A stretch of DNA of 64,000 nt, taken from assembly GCF_001194135.2 (NCBI RefSeq), contig NC_068984.1:102102146-102166145 (forward strand), given 5' to 3'. Both the position numbers and the translations under genes were made by a program. Within the stretch, counting starts at the first letter, position 1; each line of letters begins with the position of its first letter. The DNA comes from Octopus bimaculoides. Lineage: Eukaryota. Below, one piece after another: positions 14,301 through 27,889 of this stretch. The notes beneath the pieces were generated by a model. It did not search any database, was not told the DNA's origin, and worked only from the letters and a program-made list of their open reading frames with translations.

Positions 14301-17300
14301 TCTGCCATCATTCATGGAAAAACAATCATTACCTGATGCTCCATGGCTAGCTTACCTTATTCTCAGCATTGAAGGAAAGTATGAAGAATGTACACTGTTA
14401 TGGCCAACTATACAACAAGAGCTTTTATCAAATACCAAAATATCTGTGGAACAAGCCTGGAAGGTTAGTTTGCTGTTTTGTATAATTATTTTAACCTGAA
14501 ATGCAATCACAGAAATGGGCAACGGTAAAAATGGTAGTAATATACAAAGGAATACAACTGTTTTTCAAATGCATAAACAGATATTACAAAATGTTGAGAC
14601 ACGTAATGAAATGAATGAGAAATAGGAAAAGCAACCATTCTTAACAGATACCTAATCTATTATAACATGATGCTCAATCGCTACTTATTCATATATTAAA
14701 TCACAATCATATTTATATTTTTTGGAATAAAAGATTCATGTTCAGATACCAGAGTAGTCTATATAGGTTATTAAACATTTACAGATTTAGACTAACATGT
14801 CGTTTGAAATATATATTTGAACATTTCTTGCTTTTTTTTTTTTTTTTTTGACTAATTTCAGAAATCTGCTGTCAAACTCAAGTTAAAGACAATCTCTGCT
14901 TTCCATCGTCTCAATATTTACCGTTGGGCTCAACAAGCAGTAGACACTCCTAATGATCATCCTATATTGCCTCTAATATGGCAACGCTTTTTTGTGCTCT
15001 ACCTGGGAAGATCTATTACACCTGGAAGGTATATCATTTAATTTATAGTTATCAATGATTACAAATTTATTTATTCCATACTTGCCTTTCATGAGATATA
15101 ATTGCATATAACTTGTGCAAATGTGTGCATGATTTATTTTTCACAATTTGTTAGTCTTTAGAAACTGTCCTTAGACAAAGGAGACTTGGTCAGTCTCATA
15201 GTCAGTCCTATAGTCTTTACGAATTGTCTTAGGATAGAGAAAACTTGGTCAGCAAATCAAACAACTGATCTATTTTACCAGGCATAATGAGAGTATTGAC
15301 AATCCAAGAATGTACAGCTATAGAGGCTTTATTGAAATCAATTCATATAACTCACATGTTCGATGGCCGTTTGTTATTTTTCATTTGAGCTTCCTATAAA
15401 GTGAGGGATGGTTGTTCATTACTTGAATTTTTTTTGTTCCATTGGTAGAGGCTAATCTTTCAAGAGAAGTTCAATGACCATTTACACATGTTATATCTCA
15501 TTAAATGCCAACCATTTAAACCTTTCTCCCTATCTAATCAGATATTTGATTATCAATAGTGACATGGGTTTTTAGATGTGTAGCCATTTCTTCATGCATA
15601 AGATGAAGTATTTCAAACAGACCTCTTGTATACAATCAGATCCAGGAACTTTACAGCTGAGCATGTCTTTTCCTTTCTTCTGTTATTGCTATTATGTGTA
15701 GGTGTAATTTATTTTCTGACATATAGTGATTGCTTTATTGTTGTAGTGCACAACTCTTTCTCATAGCTTGCAGCAGCATTTATATAAATTATTTCTGTTT
15801 TAGTTTACAGTGTCTCAAAAAAAAAAAAAAAAAAAGCTTCTAGTTTCAAAAGAACCCATTTTCCTTGAGCTTATATTTCTGCTCTTAGTTTTCTTTATAG
15901 AAATTACATAGCAGGCTCCACTTCTCAGAAATTTACAATGTAATCTTATTAATGTCTCCTGTAATATTTATGTCATCTTGTTTTCCCTTCCACTATAGTT
16001 CATTTCATTTGTTCTTCCCCTCTTCTTGTTTGCCATTAATGTCTCCTCTAATGTCAAATTTCTACATATGTCACCTGCAATGTAATACATTGGGAAATGT
16101 TTCATCATCCTACCCGTTGTCATAATTTTCTTTTTGATTTCATTGTTATTTGTCTGTTGTATATTGTATGATCCCTATGAGTTTACACTTTTTGAAAGCT
16201 CCTTTATTCTTCTGATCATTCTTTTTACCTTTTTTCTCTCTTTCCAATGTTGCTGTTATATGAAGTTAACACTTTTGTCAATATTTACAAATTTTTTACT
16301 TGCTCTGTCAGTATACAGAGTTTTATTTTCACATTATAAATTGTATTGTGAACTAGTATTTAGTAACTATAACTGTTTTCTTGTTCTGTTGCTTAATTAT
16401 ATTCCGGCTTTTACTTATCTTAGATTAATAACTAACCAGCTGTTCTCTTAAAAATCTATATCATGCATTCTGACAGATAAAGTAAATATAATCTATAATC
16501 TTCATTAATATTATTTCTGAATTAGTCAGAGATGTCATCTTGTTTTCTCTTCCACTATAGTTCATTCCATTTGTTCTTCCCTTCTTGTTTGCCATCAACT
16601 TCTCTAAAGTCAAATCCCTACATATTTCATCACAGATTTTTGTTACAGCTGATAATTTGGAATTTCATTTTTCTATAGATCTGCAACAATATTTGTATTA
16701 TATTTCACAGCTTACCAGAACGAGCAAGCAATGGAAACCGGTTCTTTGAAAGCCTCAGTTACCGAAACCTGCTGAAAAAAATGAAAAAGAAACTTGTGGA
16801 TGTAGTTCAGCACCATATTGCTGTGTTACAGAGTGCCAAAGGTTCTGAAGGAGAAAACACAGGTGAGTGATGACAACTTAACAAAACTTCTCCATTACTT
16901 CTGGAACTCAGCAGTTCTTTCATTTTAATGTTCCGTTTTTTGCATATTCTGCTTTTGACTTTACAACCCTGAAGCCACCCTGACCTTTCTTAAACCAACT
17001 ATCCTTTCAAAAGAAACAACATTCCACACAATCTTTTATCAAGAACTTGGCAGTAGCTAAACTGGAACTTTCAAATAGTCCAACCCAGTTACAATATCTG
17101 TTCCTTAATCTCCCCTAACACAATAATAACTGGTGCAGAAACTCTAGTTCTAACAACTTCAGCTACACTCAATCAACCCCATTTAGTGCATCTAGTGTAA
17201 GCTCTGCAATAGAAAAAAATAGGGTGCTGTTTAGATGATCATTTCCATGAACATCCACAACACTATATTATATATACATGTATATGGTGTGTGTATATCT

Positions 17301-20300
17301 GGTTGTGTACATATATACTTTATGTCAGATCACAAGCAACCTGAGATGAACCAGTCAAGTATGATGTTGTTTAAATTGACTATACTCCATCTTCTATTAT
17401 TTGTAGGTAGCCACCTATGATAGAAGTCATTATTTATGATCTTATGCCTCTGGTAGTATTAAATTTTTAAATATTTTACGTATGCTCTTGTGTCAAATTG
17501 GGTGGAATGATAGAAATGATAGTGTATTCAACAAAATGTATCTATTTCCCTTTATTTTCTGAGTAAAAATCTCATTTGAGTTAACTTTGCTTTTCATTGT
17601 TCTTGAGATGAATTCTTTGGATGTTTTTATGCATATATAGGTCAGCTCTGATTGTATAGTTCTATGGTATGTAGTAGTTAGCCAAACAACCAGGTACAAC
17701 CTTTACATCTATTGTTCCATGGCTCGACCTTGTTAACAATCTTAGAGTACACTTTGACATGCAGTGATGAATCAAATGAGATTCAGTGTGCCAGTATAGA
17801 TATGTTATATTCTCTCCACTGTTAAATCTGTTTCTGTATGCCTCTTGTTGTTGTTTAGCCCCAGGTCTACTATGATCAAACAGACCCATAATTAAAGGCA
17901 TTTCAGTCATATCATGCTATTTTTTCAGGATATCTAGGATCACATTATTGAAATATGGTAGACTGGGATTTGGCTGCTGTTTCTAGTATGTTTAATGACC
18001 ACACAAAGATACCCTTGCTTGCCTGTATGCTTGTAGATATTGTGGTTGCTACCACGAAGGCAGGTATGATGGATTGGGTCAGAGCACAATAGTGTTCCTC
18101 TGCACATTTGTGTTGTGCTGCATTCTCAACCCATGATGTACTTAATGTTTTTTCTAGTCCTCTCTGTATCTGGTTCTATTTTAAAGTTTGTCAGGGCTAA
18201 GTGGAAGACTTGTAAACTTAAGGATTCTATTGTAGTGGTACTTTGGAGTGGTTGGAAGTGCTTTTCATGGGAGGGACTGTTTATGTTGAAGTTGGATGTG
18301 GCAACAAACTGTACTTATTGTATGTCCAGAAGGTCTTTGATATTCTTGTTTCATTTTGTAGCTTGTCTGAAAACATGAATTCTTTTTAAGATATACTCAG
18401 GGTTATCTCTCTTTGGTATCCTCTGCTGAAGAAGGCATAACGAGCCAGAAATGCTTGTAAAAGTCCAAGAGAAGAATCCACTGAACTGATAATGGTGACA
18501 CCTTTACTATAAGTGAGAATTTTTTTCCACAGTAAATTGCAGTGAAATTACCTTTAGAAGTTAAAATGTCACAGACTTACTGGAACTAATCTAAAAACAT
18601 TTATGTTCTTTTTTTCTTTAAGAAGTACCTATGCCATTGACAGAATCTAATAATAATTTCTTATGTACATTTTTAGAATCTCCACCCATGTCTGAATCTT
18701 CCAGTTGCCTTTCTTTAGAATCTTTGAAAGGAGAATGTGAGGAAACCTTAAAGAAGTCGTTAAATACTCAATTACATACTACATTACAAAAGTGAGTTGT
18801 TGTTTTTTATGTTGGATATTGTTCTGAATGGTTGGAAGCTCTTGATACACTGAGAGACAAACCAATATTTTATGATATTAATTTGATCCTTTGTTGATCT
18901 ATGGAAGTCTACTTGTTTCTTGTATTGTCATACACTGATTATTGTCAGAAGAAAGAAGTCTCTTAGATTGACTTGTAACATGACAAATTAAATGAAGACA
19001 AATCATCAGAAATAGCCCCATGTCTCATTAAAGGTTATGACACATTTTCATTTTGCTACTGTCTGGACTGAAATGTGAACCAATATTCTTTTATCCCCAA
19101 GAATTTTTCTTCTCTACTGATTTGAGGTCCATTTTCCATATGCATTCCTAAAATTTTAAGTGTTGAGATCCATATCTCAAGGTTTTACGAGTGAGTTAAC
19201 AAATTAGATTTAAAGGAATGGATGTGTCTTATTGCATACCTGTCCAATCCAAGCCAATATGAAATTACAGGTGTTCAAATGATGGTGATAGTGACATTAC
19301 ACATTCCACATGAGATGACCTTTTAAGGTGAATGTCATTCACTTCCTGGCAAATGTTACTCACTCTTGCGTGGTGGGTGAAATTCTGCAGATGTAGAAGC
19401 CTTTGCTCTTTGCTCTTTGCTCTTTACCCAAACTGTTGCAGCTTAATTATGAGCCACTTGAGAAGCTTGGGGTATTAAGATTTTGTTGTGTTTAGGATGT
19501 GGAGGGACATGCTTAAAAAAGATGGTTTCAAGTTTCAGTTTTTATAATTAACAGATCTTTTGTTCACTTGCAGGAAAGAGACCAGTTTGATTGATGTAGG
19601 ACTAGAGAGGAAAATAAATTTAAGGGAAGAAATCCCATTACAGATATTGAAATATATTTGGTTTTAATTACTTAATTATAATTCAGTAATGGATAATGTT
19701 GATTAAAACTTTAGTATTTGATATGTTCATCTTTTATTATCGTTTATCAATCCAAATGTTGTGTGTGTGTGTGTGTGTGTGTGTATTGTGTGTTAAAATC
19801 ATATACATGTGTGTATATGATTTTATGTGTATGTTTATGTATATAAATGTGTATGTTTATGTTTGTAAATGTAAAAGTCAACCATGTGTATGCGTTTGTA
19901 AGTGTAAGTATGAAGAGAAAATAGTTAAAGAGAATAAACTTATTTCAAGAAGTGTCGAATAATTAAAAATATTCTCTCCTAAACCTTTCAGCTTATTTGA
20001 GAGTTTTCAATTTTGGCTGGATGAACCTCGACTTCATGAAGCTACCTTATATCTCCCTGCACTTCCAACACAATATGATTCTGAGCGCTTGCAGAAGATA
20101 TTTTTCTGTGATAAGGTGGGTTTATTTATTTCTTTGATATCATACAAACATTTTCTTGTTTTTTATTAAGATTAATTAATAATAATGTATTTGTTTATAG
20201 GCAATAATTTGCATGCGAGCGTACGTGCATGTATACACACACACACACATATATTCATATATATATGTATTCATATATATATATATATTTTACGCTACTG

Positions 20301-23300
20301 ACATTTGCTGTTTGTTCAATTAATATTACTTTAAACTGTTTCGCATTTAATTGAATGTAAAATGAATATTATTAATTAATCTTACTATAAAATATACTTG
20401 GATTGAATTGCTGATGTGAATCAGTTGTCTTTTAGGTTTCTTTATTTGATTTACTCACTGATTATTAGTTATTGTAATAAAACTGAATGTTAATCAGATC
20501 ATTAAGGCTAAATAAGTCAGAGTGGGATGTATATCTTACAGATGGTGGAGAAATCATATTGAGTTATGGGTGCATATCTCACAGCTGGTGTTGTCTTATG
20601 CTCCATAGACAAGATGTTAAATATAGTTTTGTAAAAAAATTAAAGAAATTCGTACTTAGTTAAATTGTTATTATTGGATACTTTCGATTAATCTTGAAGA
20701 CCTATATTTTTGGGGGGCGACAAAATTGGAAAATATGATTTTTTGATGTTTTCCTAATTTTATTTGTAGCATAAATGAACTGAAATGTTTTAAACTGTGA
20801 TTAAAGCAAAACCTGTCATTCTTTTATCTAATATATAATAATAATTGTATTTGAAAATATATCTATATTTTCTCCAACTCCATCAGATTAGAAAATCAGG
20901 TATTTGGTGCAATTTATAGACATTCTTATGTCATACCTATTTACAGTTGTCAATCAGATTTGCTTTGCCTATACCATTTAGAAACATCAGTATCGTATGA
21001 TGCACTATCTTAGCTACATTATTTTGTACACTGTCTAAACCATGTAGTCCAATACTCTGTTTCAGTTACTTAATGTTTCCTTGCTGGTTTAAACTATATC
21101 AGCCATCTTTATTCATATACTTCAAATAATGATTACTCATAGAATTCAACCAAACCGGTTTTATATGAACTAAAACTATTGAAATACTGTACTTGATCTC
21201 TAATTGTGGAGGGAACAAGTGGAAGGGGTAGACTCTGGAAGATGTGGAATGAAGAGGTGAGGAAGGATCTTCAAACATTGGGTGTCACAGAGAGGATGAC
21301 AAGAGACCATGGTTCCTGGCAGTTTACTGTGTTTGAGAAGATACATCCAACTAAGTAAAATTGTCCTTGCATACAGGCATGTTCCTTGCATCCCACTTCA
21401 GCTGAGCACTCCTGTTGTGTCCCACATTATGGCGACATATTTTGTTGTCTCTGTGGGACTGGCCTGAACAGTGTACCTTGCTGACTGACATTACTGACTG
21501 CATCAGTCAACAACAGATCCTAATCTTGTAGGCTTGTGGGTGCTGGTGCCACATAAAAAGCACTTGTGCCGCTGCCACATAAAAGCATCCATGCCAGGCT
21601 GGGTAAAAGCACCCAGTACACTCTGGTTGGCATTAGGAAGGGCATCCAGCCTTAGGAGCCATGCCAAAACAGACAGGGAGCCTGGGCAGTTCTTCAGCTG
21701 GTCAGTTATTGTCAAACCGTCCAACCTATGCTAGCATGGAAAACAAGCGATAAATGATGATGATGATGATGGTAGTGGTGACGACAGCAGCACTGGTGGT
21801 GGAGGTAGCGGCTTATAAGATACTTTATTTTAACAAAAAAATGTCTCAAAAAGTCATCCCGAGTCCTATATGTGTAGTGGGACCCATATTACATGCATTA
21901 ATGCACTAAACATTTTTTATTTGAATGTGCACTGCTGAAATGAGGGGGTGCATCTAATGTGCCTGAGCATCTTTTATGCCTTTAGATGCAGTAAATATCA
22001 TAGAACTTTACATTAACATGTCTTGTTTCTAGTTATGTAATTATCTGATATGTAAAACTTCATGAATAGTTGTACTTGAAATATTTCATTGATAGCTTAG
22101 AACATTTTAACTTGGAAACTTTTTGTTTTGCAGAGTCCTTGGATGGAGTTAATTGATATGAATATGCTTACTTATGAATCTTTAACGTTGGCACTTGTGT
22201 GGACTGAAGAAATCACTGTGAGTTACCATCATCAATATAAGCAGAAAAGTAAAACTGATTCTAACTTCAGAGTCAGTACTGGTTAGTATATTTATATTTT
22301 CTTAGGTGAAGCACCTCATTTAGATTTTTATTTCCTAAATTTTCAGTTAATAATTACAAGAAGTAAAGACATTTTTTGTTATATTTACTTGTAAATAAAT
22401 AAAATATTTTAAGTTATTGGTTGCCAATAAGATGTAGAAAGATAGGTTCTGTCACATGGACTTATATATTTCATGAGGTTGATGTCTTCACTGAGACCCA
22501 AATGACAGTGAATTCTGGGTTTGCAAAGAAGTATTCAGTTTTTATATAGTAAAATCATATTCACTGCAGGTATTTTGGGATATTTATATCTAAGTATTTC
22601 TGTTTAGGAATGGTTATATAAAATTTTCTGAAAGTATCACCTGTGATAGACAGATGGTGTCTGATATCTGCTGATAACAAATTCTTTGACCCCTGTCAGT
22701 CATTAACAACCATGGGTAAGGGTCCTAGTTGTCTGCCTTAATGGAATAGTGTTGTCTGTGGCTGAATGGTCCAATGCATGAATGGCAGTCGCTTCCACAC
22801 AAGCTGCACTTGTAGGTTGTCCTGGTACTGTTTAGGTTGTAGTGTAGTCTGGTTCTATCGCTCTGGTATAGTCTGTTTGAAAGGATCCAAGCCTGTTCAG
22901 TATGGTATGAAGGACAGGTTGTTGCCCATGCAGCATGTTCCCCCCACCCCCCATCCTTCCCCACATCACTGATGAATCCAAAGGAATAACACGGCCATTA
23001 GAGTTTGGCACCAGTATCATCACAAGAGTTGGCAGAACAAGGTTGTAGACAATGTCAAACTGCCTCAGGGACTCTGACTATTAATTTTTTCCCCTCAAGG
23101 TTTATACTCAGAGCCTTTCCCATGGCTAGGTATATCTGCAGGGCAATGGGCATTTGCAACTCTATTTTCCTTCCACTATGTAGATGGGTTGCCCCCCTGC
23201 TCCAGGCTAACAAGCTCCATTTTCCCAACTGACTTGCTAATTAATCCATAGGTTGGGAGCAGTAATGGCTAAGAGGTGGTTCCATACTCTTCAGAATCCT

Positions 23301-23959
23301 GAAACTACTGAACCAGGGCCCCACTACTTTATGTAGTTTAAAATCATACCCAGATATATGCTAGCTTACTGTCTAACTGGCAGTCCACAAGAAACAATAG
23401 TTTGTCTTCAAATATACATCTCCATAAACATCTTTCCATCAGCAGAGCAAGATAACCATTTAATCAATAAGGTGATCATAGATCAATAAGGTGATCATAA
23501 ATCAATTAGGTGATAATAAAATCACTAAGGTGATCATAAAATAAATAAGGCGATCATAAAATCAATAAAGTGATCATAAAGTCAATAAGGTGATCATAAA
23601 ATCAATAAGTTTGTCATATTTTTTTGTTTGTTTTTGATTTTATTCTTGTGTCTTGTCTTTGTATTTTCTTTTCTAGCCACAACTCGAATTCTGAACCGGT
23701 TAAAAACACACAGCATTCCACTAGGCCCCCCTCCTATAACTGATCCATCACCACCTGTACCAGAAGTGACTGTTACTGCACTTGAAGAGAAGTCTACCCT
23801 TATGTATATTATAAATACAGATTTGAAAGTACTCTGCAACCATGCTAGGTAATAATATCACTAAATTAATTCCTCAAATATTTTATTAATTGTATCAAGT
23901 GACATTTGTCAATATGTCCTCCTTTAACTTTTACTCAAAGGCATGCACACACACACTCA

Positions 23960-24000
<41 letters not shown>

Positions 24001-27000
24001 CACTATTTCACTCTCGTTGTAAAAACGATTCTCTTGTATCTGTAATTAGTAAGACATGAAGTGTGTTAGTTTTTCCTCTTTCTATTATTATCAGTTTTTG
24101 AGATCAGATCAATATTTTATTAAACTAGTTATCATTCTAGTTTGCAATAAATGATGAAATATCCTCATGCTTCTGTCATCAAATGATGCACTCTGTGTAC
24201 TCTTGTCGTCGAATGAGATATTATTATCCTGACAAGCACTGCCTTTACATGTTGGATTATGCTGAGAGATGCTGCTGCCACAATTGAGGGAGTGGTTGAT
24301 GATAAATATGAGTTGGAGGGAGATAGGGGAGAGTAGATGATGACTAAAGGTTGGATATTGTTGATGGTTGAATGCAGTGAATGGTTGAGGGGTGATGAAT
24401 GTATATATCATTTGTTGGGAACATTGGGGAGAGTAGGTGCTGAGTGGTAGAATAGGAGGGGCGAATGTCTGTGATGATTCCTCTCTTTATGGTTGAAGAA
24501 TAATGATAATCATAAGATTGGTTTTTCTGAGACAAAAAAAAAAGAAAATGGCAAGCTGGCAGAAACATTAGCATGGTGGGCGAAATGTTTAGTGGAACGT
24601 CTGCCGTTACGTTCAAATTTTGCCAAGGTCGACTTTGCATTTCATCCTTTCGGGGTCGATAAATTAAGTACCAGTTACACACTGAGGTCGATGAAATCGA
24701 CTTAATCCCTTTGTCTGTCCTTGTTTGTCCCCTCTATGTTTAGCCCCTTGTGGGCAATAAAGAAATAGGACGGGCGAAGAGAAACACAATAGTATTATGT
24801 TGTCCGGAAAGTTCTGAGTGTTTTTAATATGCAAAAATGGATATATATGTAATTGACCTTTCAATAGATTTTATTTGATGAATTAATTTCCATTATTATT
24901 AATAACCTTTTCCCATCTATCAGGCAATTTAGGTATTCCACAAGCATAAAATTTGACTGGTTTTGAAGAGTAAAAGATATCTAGATGCATTTTCACTCCA
25001 TCTAAATTGTTAAATGTTTTTCTTTGCAGTGAGTTCTGTTAGAGACAAAAACAAGTGGTAGTCAGATGGTGCAATATCAGCAGAATCTAGTGGATGGCAT
25101 AAGAGACCCCAGCCAAGTTCATGTAACTTTGTTTGGGTAGCCAAAGACACATGTGGTCAGGCATCATCTTGTTGGAACACTACCCCTTTCCTGCTGGCAA
25201 TCTCCATCTTGAATTCTTTGATTCTTTGGTTCAAATTAGCCAGCTGATGATAGTACACATCAGAATCAATGGTCTGGTTTTGTGGGAGAAGCTCATAATA
25301 AATAATGCCTTTATGATCCCACCAAACACAAAGAAAAGCTTTTCTGACATAAATATTTGTCTTTGGTTGCTGTTTTGGGGAACCATTATGCAAACTGCAG
25401 GATCTTTTTTGCACTATGTTTTCATACACAATTCATTTTTCATCTCCAGTCACAAGCTGTTTCAAAAAAGTCATGCTTTCATTCCATTTCAAAAGTATAA
25501 CACAAACAGAATACTGGTCCAAGCAATTCTTTTCTGAGAGTTTGTGAGGGGCCTATACATTATAGTGAGAAATGTATCCTAGCTTCACTAGGTGTTTATG
25601 AGCCATACTTTTAGAAACTTCCAACTCTTCTGCAAGTTTCTAGTCATAATATTTGAGTTTTCTTTGATTTTTGCCTTCAAAATATCTTCATCCAATTTTG
25701 AAGGTCTTCCACTGTGACTGTCATCTTCCAAGTTAAACTCTCTAGCTTTAAATTTTGCAAACCACCTTCGAACAGTTGATTCACCAACAGCATCATCACC
25801 ATATACTTCACAAATGTTTTCACAAGTCTTTGCAGCATTTTCTCCTTTTGAAAAAAATGCAACACAAATATCGAATTTTTGGTTATCCATTTCAAATGTC
25901 AATAAAGGGTAACTGGAATAAAAGATAAATCTATTTTTAGTCAAGAACAAAGAAGAGATGCACTACCACTTCAAGCAATACCAAAGTTTTAACTGTTGTG
26001 TTTCAGGTGTGTTTGTTCAATGAAACATTAAAAACACTCAGAACTTTCCGGACAACCTAATAATAATACAATAGACAGTGGGTAGTTGAGAGAAAAGGAG
26101 ATGACATATAGGTGGGTAGGTTACAAGACTATGAGGGGAAATGACTAATATGGTTCATCAGGAGATTGAAAGATGTATGATAATAGGAGTAAGTCAACAG
26201 AAAATGATTAAGTAGAGAGTAATAGAAAGAGATAATTTGGTGGCATAGAAGGATGGGTGATCAATATAAAATGTGAGTGGAGAGGAACAATGTAAAGGCT
26301 GAAGCATAGATGTCAAATGAAGTGATTCCTGGTAGTGAGAAAGACAACTGGTATCACAAAAAAGGATGATAAGACATAATTCTGCCCTCAATTAATTACA
26401 GCAACAGAATACTGCAGTTAGGTAAGTGATAGAGAGATGATGGGTGGTGAACAAAGCTTGATGAAGAAATAGAGTGTGGGGCCCAGTTGTGAATGTTTAC
26501 ATGATGTTCCAGAATCTCAGTTTTGCCAAGATGGACAGATCTTCATGAGTATCACACATTATTAGTTGCCCCACACTTTTGTCATCTTCATGAGATTCAA
26601 AACCCTGAGATCAGTCTTCCCTACTTCATCCCATATCTTCCAAGGTCTCCCTCTTCCACAAGTTCCATCCGCATTAAATGACTGGTCCTTTTTTTTATAC
26701 AGCTGTCCCCATCCATATGCATCACATATCCACACCAGAGTAGTCTTCTCTCTTGCATTCTACATCCTCAAGTGATTCCTTGATACCCAATTTTTCTGTC
26801 AACACATTTGTACTTTGTTGTTTATGCACCTGATGTTGCACATCTAATGGAACATGCTAGCTTAATTACTTTCTAGTTACCATATGTCCTTTGCATTCAG
26901 TGCCCACATCTCACTACCATGTAGCATTGTTGTCCCTCATAAGTATCAAACATATATTTAATCTCTGTAAAATCATTTGATGAATAATTTTTTCACTTTG

Positions 27001-27846
27001 GATCTACCTATTAATGTATTATATTTTCCTTTCATTATTTTCAGAAATTTCTCCAGGCAGGTATCTAGACATATAACTATGGATTTAGAATACCTTGATC
27101 TGCTTCCTCAACTTTACAGCAATGAATGGAATCAGGTATATAGAACAACTGCTTTTAATAACTTATCTTAGTCGTTTTCTACTTATCATCATCATCCTCA
27201 TCATCATTTAACATCCATTTTCCATGCTGGTATGGGTTGGACAGTTTGACCACAACTGGTAAGGCCAGGGGCTGCACCAGACTCCATTGTCTGTACTGGC
27301 ATGGTTTCTATAGCTGAATGCCCTTCCTAATGCCAGCCATTCCACAGAGTATACTGGGTGCTTTTTATGTGGCACCAGTGCCTTTAACATGGAACTGGCA
27401 CGAGTGCTTTTTATGTGACGCCAGAACTGATATTAATCCTGCTATGATGGACAGGTCTTCTTGAGTACTACAATGCATCAGATATCTCAGTCCTTAGTCT
27501 TCTCTTTCATATGGCTCTTTGTCTTGAGATTGACATTCAATGTTTCATCCTATGTCTTCCAGGGTTTCCCTCTTCCACAAGTTCCATCCACTTTAAGTGA
27601 TTGGCACTCCTTTATGTGACTGTTTACATCCATACACTTAACCAAACAAGTGCAGCCTTCTCTCTTGCATACTGCAACTAGTTCCTCTTATGCTTAGCTA
27701 GCTTCTCCTTCAATACACTAAACGCGCTGTTGCACGCATTTTGTGAAAATTTGATGGTTGTTTTAGCCATATGCCATTTACAGAGAATCTACTGGAAATA
27801 CCTTATAGCACTATCATATCAAATATATTAGTATGTTACTCATTAT

Positions 27847-27889
<43 letters not shown>

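Noticed and set aside
22218-22223. Strong internal donor GTGAGT in exon 14
   Set aside because: It is phase 0 while the next exon needs phase 1, so using it would frameshift; the 22281 donor was kept
22969-22990. CTGATGA followed by a TCC-AAA-GGA mini-stem
   Set aside because: Lacks G12-A13-A14 after the stem and has no stem I partner
23461-23616. Regular repeats superficially like a CRISPR array
   Set aside because: Units are adjacent with no unique spacers, the context is a eukaryotic intron, and there are no cas genes
24100-24500. Purine-skewed stretch (also 26070-26480) resembling antisense L2 remnants
   Set aside because: No diagnostic motif could be read, so it was left unannotated
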